Assembly (NCBI RefSeq): GCF_009914755.1
Contig: NC_060947.1
Direction: 5' to 3' (one strand)
DNA length: 64,000 nucleotides
Source of the DNA: the human T2T-CHM13v2.0 reference genome, Homo sapiens
Shown piece after piece: positions 54,805 to 64,000 of this stretch. Under the pieces are notes generated by a model. The model was given only the letters and a program-made list of their open reading frames with translations. It was not told the origin of the DNA and made no database searches. Made by a program: the position numbers and the translations under genes. Every line of letters begins with the position of its first letter. Position 1 is the first letter of the stretch.

Positions 54805-56830
54805 GAAGTCCTAGACAAAGCAATTAGGCAAGGCAAAGCAATAAAAGGCATTCAAATAGGAAAAGAAGAAGTCAAACTATCTCTCTGCTGCTGCCGATTA
54901 TATACATAGAAAACCTTAAAGACACTGCAAAGAAACTCCCAGAACTAACAAAAAATTCAGTAAAGTTTCAGAATATAAAATCAATGTACAAAAATCAGTC
55001 ACATTTGTGTACACCAAAAACATTTTAGCTAAGAACCAAATCAAGAACACAATTCCATTTACAATAGCCACAAAAATTGAAATAGCTAGAAATTTATCTA
55101 ATCAAGAAGATTAAAGAGCTCTACAAAGAGAATAACAAAACACTGCTAAAAGAAATCAGAGATGATACAAATAAATGGAAAAATATTCGATGCTCATAGA
55201 GTGGAAGAATCAATATTGTTAAAATGGCCATACTGCCCAAAGCCATTTATGGATTTAATGTTATCCCTATCAAAATACCAATGTTATTTTTCACAGTTAG
55301 AAAAATGAATTCTAAAAATTCATATGAAACCAAAGAAAGCCTAATTTACCAAAGCAATTGTAAGCAAAAGGAACAAAGCTTGAGTCATCACATTACTCAA
55401 CGTCAAACCATACTATAAGACTACAGTAACCAAAATAGCATGATACTGGTACAAAAACAGACACATACACCAATGGAACACAATATAGAACCCAGAAATA
55501 ACCTGCACACCTACAACCATCTGATCTTTGACAAAATTGACAAAAATAAGCAATGGGGAAAGGACTCCCTATTCAACAAATGGTGCTGGGATAACTGGCT
55601 AGCCATATGCAAAAGAATGGACCCTATACCTCTCACTATATACAAAAATTAACTGAAGATGAATTAAAGTTTTAAATGGAAAACCTCGAACCTTAAAATA
55701 CTAGAAGAAAACCTAGGAAACACCCTTCTCAAGATTGATTTTGGCAAATAATTTATGGCTAAGTCCCTAAAATCAATTCCAACAAAAACAAAAATAAACA
55801 AGTAGAACCTAATTTAACTAAAGAATTTCTGCAAAGCAAAAGAAATTACCAACAAAGTAAATATACAGCTTACAGAATGGGAGAAAATATTTGCAAGCTG
55901 TACACCTGACAGAGGTCTAATATCCGGAATCTATAAGGAACATAAATCAACAAGCACAAAATAATCCAATTTAAAAATGGGGAAAGAACAGGAACAGACC
56001 CTTCTTAAAAGAAGATGTACAAGCAACCAACAAACATAAAAAATACTCAACATCACTAATCACCAGAGAAATGCAAATTAAAACCACAGTAAAATACCAT
56101 CTCATAACAGTCAAAATGGCAATTAGTAAAAAGCTAGAAAATAACAGATGCTGGTGAGGCTGTGGAGAAAAGAGAGTGCTTATACACTGTTAGTGGGAAT
56201 GCAAACTAGTTCAGTCACTATGGAAAGCAGTTTGGAGATTTGTTGAAAAACTTTAAATGGAACTCTATTTGACTCAGCAACCCCACTAGTGGCTATATAG
56301 CCAAGGGAAAATAATTAAGTCTATCAAAAATACATCCATGCACATATTCATCAAACTGCTATTCACAATGGCAAAGATGTGGAATCAACATAAATGGCCA
56401 TCAATGATAGACTGGTTAAAGAAAATGTGGTACATATATACCATGAAGTACTATGCAGCTATATAAAAAAACAAAATCATGTCCTTTGCAGCAAGATGGA
56501 CGGAGCTGGAGGCAATTATTCTAAGCAAATTAACATAGGAACAGAAAACCAAACACCACATTTCCTTGCTTACAAGTGGGAGCTAAATATTGAATACATA
56601 TAGACATAAATATTGGAACAATGGACACTGGAGACTACCTGATGGGGGAGAAAGGGAAGTGGGCATGGGCTGAAAAAATACCTATTGGGTACTATGTTCC
56701 CTACCTGGGTGTTGAGATCATTTGTACCCCAAACCTCAGCATTATGCAGTATACTCATATAACAAACTGCACAATGTACCCCTTAATCTAAATAAAAGTT
56801 GAAACCAGAAAAAATAAAATTAGCAACAAT
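54805..56830 (+). mobile_element. 5'-truncated L1PA16/L1PB-like element
   Basis: ORF2 3' half ([22 protein letters not shown]), 3'UTR, A-rich tail; degraded TSD agaatgc(tt/aa)ccaaa at 54791-54804 and 56831-56844. Confidence 0.88.
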
Positions 56831-57682
56831 AGAATGCAACCAAAATAATAGCTAAAAGTAAAATTATGAAGAAATTTAATAGATTGGCAGAAAAGGGAGA
56901 GCACAAAAGACTTGAAGACTCACTGAGATGTATGAACTGGTGTAGTGGTAAAAGGGGGTGTCTGAAAGTCTATGGGCTTTAGTCAGAGTGTTGTACATTG
57001 GAGTTCCAAATTTCAGTTCTGTGGTGACAAATAAGGCCCTGGACATGGGCATGGAATGAGTAACCAAGATGGAATGTGAATGGACATTGTTTCAGATAAG
57101 GTGGTAAGAAAAATTGAAGTCAGTTTGTTGGGTTGGTTGTTCACATGGAAGATGACGTTACCAAAGTGATCATATAATTTAGGGGGTAGAGAGGAGAACT
57201 GTCTAAGAGGTTGACAGACGATGTGAATAAGAAAGATTAGAGGGTGACATAGATGAATGTCTTTTTGCATTATGGTAGAAAAGTAATGATTTAGAGTAGC
57301 ATCAGCGAGCCAAGAGACAGCTAATAGATTCTGGCTCACAGTATATGGGATGTAGAAAAATAAGCAGCACACTTTTGATGAGAAAGACCAAGGTTAGCTT
57401 AAGGCAAGGACACGGTGAGAGAATTATTTGAAGAGGTTTAGGACATAGGAGAATTTACTCATAATGGAAAGGGTGTTTCAGAAGGCACAGTAAATAAAGG
57501 GTTAGAAAGGTCAGATGTGGAAGAATTAGGAGGAAGGAAGTACAGTGTATTCTCAGGATGTTAGAACCTTGGAGAACACTTGACTAGAGAGTTGATGATT
57601 CACCCACAGAATTCAAATTTCTGTTTTCACTTAATTTGTCTCTAGCTCTTCTTTGTACTTTTCAAAAATAGTAATTGTATCA

Positions 57683-59482
57683 GAGGATGGAGCAAGAAGG
57701 CAGAATGGAAGGCTCCACCAATTGTCTTCCCTGCAGGTATGTCACTTTAACAACTAGCTACAAAAAAATCACCTTCATAAGAACCAAAAATTAGGTGAGT
57801 ACTCATAGTACCTGGTTTTAATTTCATATTGCAGAAAGAGGCACTAAAAAGGTAGAAAAAACAGCTTTGAATTACCAATGCCACTAATCTCCTATTCCCT
57901 AGCAGTGACAGTGTGGTGGGAAGAGTGTTTCTGTGTGCCAGAGAGGGAGAGTGCAGAAATTGTGAGGCATTGAACTCAGTGCTGTCCTATTAGAGCAGAA
58001 AGAAGAACTGGATGAAACTCAACTGACACCTGCCCACAGAGAGAGCATTTAAACCAGCCTTAGTCAGGGGAGAATTACTCACTCCAACAGTCAGAACTTG
58101 AGTTCCTGCATGCCTTGCCACCAGGGGTAAAGTGCCCTGGGGCTCTAAATAATCTTGAAAGGCAGCCTAGGCTGCAAGGACTGCAACTCCTAGGAACGTC
58201 CTAGTGCTAAACTGTGCCCAGATACAGTGGACTAGAGAAGCATGTGACCTACAGAGACACCAACCAGGCCAAGAGAGCGCTTATATCATCCTTCTTCTTA
58301 TCCCAGGCTGCACAGCTTGCAAGTCCAAAATAGATGCCTTCCTTCTGCTTGAAGAGACAAAAGAGAAAAGTGGGGAGGACTTTATCTTGCATCTTGGATA
58401 CCACCTCATCCATAGCAGGATAGGGCACCTGTTAGAGCTATGAGGCCCCCTTTCCAGGCCCTAGCTCCTGAATGACATTTCTAGACATACTCTGAAGGGA
58501 ACCTGCTGCCTTGAAGGGAAGGACCTAGTCCTGGCAACACTCATCACCGGCCAACTGAAGAGCCCTTGGGCCTTGAATAAACAGAAATGATATCCAGGTA
58601 CATTGCTGATGGTCTTTGGTGACACAGAGCTGCTGGCTTCAGGTGAAACAGCATATTCCAAGCTCTGGTGGCTGAGGCAAGATTCCTTCTGCTTCGGAAG
58701 GGAGAGAAAAAAGTGAGGGGAATTTGGTCTTACACCTTATATGCCAGCTTGGCCACAGGGAGGTAGACCACCAAATGACCTCGCAGGGTCCTCAAATCAA
58801 GTATATGGCTCTCATATGGCATTTCTGTATGTTTCTTGGGCTGGAAGGGAGCCTACTGTTCTGTAGGGTGAGTCCCAGGCTGGGCAGCATTGACTACAAG
58901 CTGACTGAAGGGAACTTGGCCCTTAAGGGAACATTGGTGGTAGTCTGGCAGTAGTCTCCATGGGTCTATAGTTATGGTGGCCATGAGATGAGGCTTCTCT
59001 GCTTTGGAATGGGGAGGGAAGAGTGGGAAGGACTGCATTTTGTAATTTGAGTGCCAACTCAGGTGCAGTGCAATAGCACACCAGGTAGACATCTAAGCAT
59101 TTTGATTCTAGTCCCTGACTCCTGAACGGCACCACAGGACCCACCCAAAGAATGGGGAAACTTACTACTATTAAGAGAGGGACACAAGCCTGGCTGGGTT
59201 TACCACCTGCTGATTATAGATCCCCAGGGCCTTGAGTAAACATAGACAGTAGCCAGGGAGTGGTTACAGCAGGCCTGGGGTGATACCCAGTGCTGTGCTG
59301 ACCCAGCACAGTCATAGTGGTGGTAGCCACAGGGATGCTTGTGTCACTCCACCCTCAGCTTTAGGTGGTTCACGATGGAGAGACAGAGAGACTACATTTG
59401 TTTGTAAGAAAGTAAGGGAAGAGAACAAGAATCTCTGCCTGGCAATCTGTAGAATTTTCCCACATCTTATCCAAGACCATCA
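57683..59482 (+). mobile_element. L1MA-type 5'UTR without its body
   Basis: gaggatggagcaagaaggcagaatggaaggctccacc start; same family as the 5'UTR at 45476-46851 in reverse. Confidence 0.75.
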
Positions 59483-61316
59483 AGGTAAAAGTAGCAGTGG
59501 GAAGAGCCTTATAGGCGCTCCCATTATCCAGCTTGAGCCCAGTGAAGCCATCCCTGACTGTATGTCACAGGGGCCTTTGGGGAACGCACCCAGTGGAATT
59601 AGGGAGGGGTCACAGGGTGTAAGAAGTTTCCAACTGGATTTTGCAACAATTTCAACTGGGCACTAACTTTCTTGAGCAAAAGCCAGGGAGCAAATGGGAA
59701 CTGCTGCAGATATGAATGCAGGAGCCACAGCTGACACTGTGGGCAGATAGGAAGGGGTGAGACCTGAAAGCCAAGTTTGCTTGCTCAGCGGGGAAGCTTA
59801 TGGCCTGGGAAAAGTTCTGAGTTCTGCAAAAGCAAGCTGCCTGGATCTAAACTTGGCACCATTAGTGGAGCACTATAGGAGCGAGGCTGGCCTTGCCAAC
59901 TGTGTGGGAGGTGGGTGAGGCCTTTCACTACCAGCTATCCCCCACTTCTCTTGTGAACTATATGGCACAATAGAACCAATGGAACAGAATAGAGAACCCC
60001 AAAATAAAGCCAAATACTTACAGTCAACTGATCTTCAACAAAGCAAACAAAAACATAAACTGGGAAAGGACATCCTATTCAGAAAATGTTGCTGAAATAA
60101 TTGGCAAGCCACACGTAGAAGAATGAAACTGGATCCTTGTCTTTCACTTTACACAAAAATCAACTCAAGATGTATCAAATACTTAAATCTAAGACCCAAA
60201 ACCATAAAAACTCTAAAAAATAACATTGGAAAAATTCTTCTAGATGTCGGCTAAGGCAGACTTCATGACCAAGAACCCAAAAGCAAATACAACAAAAACA
60301 ACAATAAATAGATGAGACAAATTTAAACTAAAAGAATTCTGCACAGCAAAAGAAATAATTAGTACAGTAAACAGACAACCCACAGAATGGGAGAAAATAT
60401 TTGCAAACTATGCATCTGACAAACAACTAATATCCAAAGTCTACAACAACTCAAATAAATCAGCAAGAAAAAAACAAATAATCCCATCACAAAGTGGAAA
60501 AGGGACATGTATAGACAATTCTCAAAAGAAGATATACAAATGACCAACAAACATATGACAAAATACTCAACATCACTAATTATCTGGGAAATGCAAATTA
60601 AAACCACAATGAGATACTGCCTTACTCCTACAAGACTTAATTAAAAAATTAAAAAATAATAGATGTTGGCATGGGTGTGGTGAAAAGGGAATACTTTTAC
60701 ACTGCTGGTGGAAATGTAAACTAGTACAACTACTATGGAAAACAGTATGGAAATTACTTAAAGAACTAAAAGTGGAATTATCATTTGATCCAGCAATACT
60801 ACTATTGGGTTTCTACCCAAAGGAAAAGAAGTCATTATATGAAAAAGACACATGCACATGCATGTTTATAGTAGCACTATTCACACTTGCAAAAATATGG
60901 AACCAGCCTAAATGCCCATCAACCAATGACTGTATAAAAAATGTTGTATATCTACACCATAGAATACTACTCAGCCATAAAAATAAATGAAATTATGGCA
61001 TTTGCAGCAATCTGGACAGAGTTGGAGACCATTATTCTAAGTGAAGTAGATCAGGAATGGAAAACCAAACATTTATATATTCTCCCTTATATGTGGGAGC
61101 TAAGCTATGAGGATGCAAAGATGTAAGAATGATATAATGGACTTTGGGGACTCGGGGAAGGGTGGGAAGGGAGTGAGGGCTAAAAGACTACACATTGCGT
61201 ACAGTGTACACTGCCTGGGTGATGGGAGCACTGAAATGTCAGAAATCATCACCAAAGAACTTATGCATGTAACCAGAAACCACCTGTTCCCCCAATACTA
61301 TTAAAATTAAATTTAA
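59483..61316 (+). mobile_element. L1PB-like element: 5'UTR fragment joined directly to ORF2 3' part and 3'UTR
   Basis: GC-richer UTR to ~59968, then atagaaccaatggaacagaatagagaacc (ORF2); 3'UTR ends aaaccacctgttcccccaatactattaaaattaaa. Confidence 0.75.
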
Positions 61317-61890
61317 AAGGCCTAGAGACAGAAATACCATTCGACACAGTAACCCCATTACTGGGTATATACCTGAAGGAATATAAATTCTTCTATTATA
61401 AGGACACATGCATGTGTATGTTCATTGCAGTACTATTCACAATAGCAAAGACATGGAATCAACCTAAATGCCCATCAATGATAGACTGAATAAAGAAAAT
61501 GTGTCACATATACACCATGGAATACTATGCAGACACAAAAAGGAATGAGATTATGTCCTTTGTAGGGACATGGATGGAACTGGAGCCCATTATTCTTAGC
61601 AAACTAATGCAGGAACAGAAAATCAAACACCGCATATTCTCACTTATAAGTGATAGCTAAATGATGAGCACTCATGGACACATATAAGGGAACAACACAC
61701 ACTGGGGCCTATTGGAGGGCGGAGGATGGGAAGAGGGAGAGGATCAGGAAAAATAACTAAGGGATATTAGGTTTAATACCTTGGTGACAAAATAATCTGT
61801 ACAACAAACCCCATTTACCTATGTAACAAACCTGCACATCCTGCACATGTACCCCTGAACTTAAGAAGAAGTTAAAAATAAAAAGAAAAC
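61317..61890 (+). mobile_element. 5'-truncated L1PA (about PA10-13) 3' end in tandem
   Basis: Second copy of the ORF2 end plus 3'UTR (ggagggcggaggatgggaagagggagaggatcagg) and A-tail. Confidence 0.85.
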
Positions 61891-61899
61891 TTTCATGCA

Positions 61900-62300
61900 A
61901 ATAACAAATCTCTGTCCACCACAGCCACAAATGACTTACCTAAACTTTAGTCTATCATTTTCAGCTGCTTATTAGATTGCTCTACTTGGATCTCTTGTCC
62001 TTTAAAAAATTTCAAACATATTTTCAGATAAAACAACCTTCTCTTCAAAATTAACTTCCCCACCTTATGTTTCTATTTTTTCAATGACAGTAATAGTCTT
62101 CCAGTAAGTCAGGCATAGAACCTGGCAGTCATCTTTGACTCCACCCTATCCTTATTTTATCCCTCGAGTCCTGTTGATTCTTATTTTGCAATGCCTCCTG
62201 ACCCTTTGTTTCTTTTTTTTTTTTTTAACCAACTTAGTTCAGCATCCTTATCTCATTATGCCTTAGCTACTTGAAGGTGATCTATGCATCCTCTTTCACA
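61900..62300 (+). mobile_element. L2 fragment
   Basis: ctctacttggatctct...aacctggcagtcatctttgactcc resembles L2. Confidence 0.5.
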
Positions 62301-62444
62301 CTTAAATAATCAAGAGGTGAACCTGGCAAATTTATACTTATACTTCAAGATTTAGGTTGAAGTTATCATTCTCTATGAATACTCCCATGTGCATGGTTCA
62401 TTTATTACAGTGCTGTAATTACTCTTTTTTTAAAGTTGTTTAAT

Positions 62445-64000
62445 TTTCTTTTTTTTATTATACTTTAAGTTTTAGGGTACATGTACACAACGTGCAGGTT
62501 TGTTACATATGTATACATGTGCCATGTTGGTGTGCTGCACCCATTAACTCGTCATTTAACATTAGGTATATCTCTTAATGCTATCCCTCCCCCCTCCCCC
62601 CACCCCACAACAGGCCCCAGTGTGTGATATTCCCCTTCCTGTGTCCATGTGTTCTCATCGTTCAATTCCCACCTATGAGTGAGAACATGCAGTGTTTGGT
62701 TTTTTGTCCTTGCGTTAGTTTGCTGAGAATGATGGTTTCCGGCTTCATCCCTGTCCCTACAAAAGACATGAACTCATCATTTTTTATGGCTGCATAGTAT
62801 TCCATGGTGTATATGTGCCACATTTTCTTAATCCAGTCTATCATTGTTGGACATTTGGGTTGGTTCCAAGTCTTTGCTATTGTGAATAGTGCCACAATAA
62901 ACATATGTGTGCATGTGTCTTTATAGCAGCATGATTTATAATCCTTTGGGTATATACCCAGTAATGGGATGGCTAGGTCAAATGGTATTTCTAGTTTTAG
63001 ATCCCTGAGGAATCGCCACAGACTTCCACAATGGTTGGACTGCTTTACAAACCCACCAACAGTGTAAAAGTGTTCCTATTTCTCCACATCCTCTCCAGCA
63101 TCTGTTGTTTCCTTACTTTTTAATGATTGCCATTCTAAGTGGTGTGAGATGGTATCTCATTGTGGTTTTGATTTGCATTTCTCTGATGGCCAGTGACGAT
63201 GAGCATTTTTTCATGTGTCTGTTGGCTGCATAAATGTCTTCTTTTGAGAAGTGTCTGTTCATATCCTTCGCCCACTTTTTGATGGGGTTGTTTTTTTCTT
63301 GTACATTTGTTTGAGTTCATTGTAGATTCTGGATATTGGCCCTTTGTCAGATGAGTAGATTGCAAAAATTTTCTCCCATTCTATAGGTTGCCTATTCACT
63401 CTGATGGTAGTTTCTTTTGCTGTGCAGAAGCTCTTTAGTTTAATTAGATCCCATTTGTCAATTTCGGCTTTTGTTGCCATTGCTTTTGGTGTTTTAGACA
63501 TGAAGTACTTGCCCATGCCTATGTCCTGAATGGTATTGCCTATGTTTTCTTCTAGGGTTTTTATGGTTTTAGGTCTAATATTTAAGTCTTTAATCCATCT
63601 TGAATTAATTTTTGTATAAGGTGTAAGGAAGGGATCCAGTTTCAGCTTTCTGCATATGGCTAGCCAGTTTTCCCAGCACCATTTATTAAATAGGGAATCC
63701 TTTCCCCATTGCTTGTTTTTTGTCAGGTTTGTGAAAGATCAGATAGTTGTAGATATGTGGCATTATTTCTGAGGGCTCTGTTCTGTTCCATTGGTCTATA
63801 TCTCTGTTTTGCTACCAGTACCATGTTGTTTTGGTTACTATAGCCTTGTAGTATAGTTTGAAGTTGGGTAGCGTGATGCCTCCAGCTTTCTCCTTTTGGC
63901 TTAGGATTGACTTGGCAATGCAGGCTCTTTTTTGGTTCCATATGAACTTTAAAGTAGTTGTTTCCAATTCTGTGAAGAAAGTCATTGGTAGCTTCATGGG
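62445..64000 (-). mobile_element. L1PA (about PA4-5) 3' part, sense to the gene, continues beyond the window
   Basis: Poly(T), near-consensus 3'UTR, and ORF2 C-terminal ORFs 62662-63997. Confidence 0.95.

Overview
Hominid DNA, almost certainly human (SVA, AluY-lineage and L1PA elements), covering the 3' two-thirds of CYSLTR1 (cysteinyl leukotriene receptor 1; X-linked by established knowledge) on the minus strand. It contains the single coding exon (CDS 16061-17074, acceptor at 17101, probable poly(A) signal 14813-14818) and an 87-nt non-coding exon (26782-26868). The main promoter and exon 1 probably lie beyond the right edge. By my rough coordinates about half the window is L1, much of it nested. 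There are also Alus, an SVA, THE1/MLT1/ERV1 LTRs, and MIR and L2 relics. All other ORFs in the track are L1/Alu/SVA/LTR-derived or chance. I found no new protein-coding system. The most unusual structures are: (1) a ~2.7-kb AT-rich, palindrome-bearing minisatellite lying inside the target-site duplication (TSD) of an Alu ~1.6 kb downstream of CYSLTR1, i.e. an expanded Alu tail; (2) an SVA polyadenylated prematurely inside SINE-R with intact TSDs; (3) a THE1 composite whose LTR ends face in opposite directions; (4) a 15-kb gene-sense nest with a full-length L1MA (perfect 15-bp TSD) hosting a full-length L1PA6/7; (5) a rare AluYd-lineage copy. Subfamily names are from recalled consensus sequences, not a RepeatMasker run.
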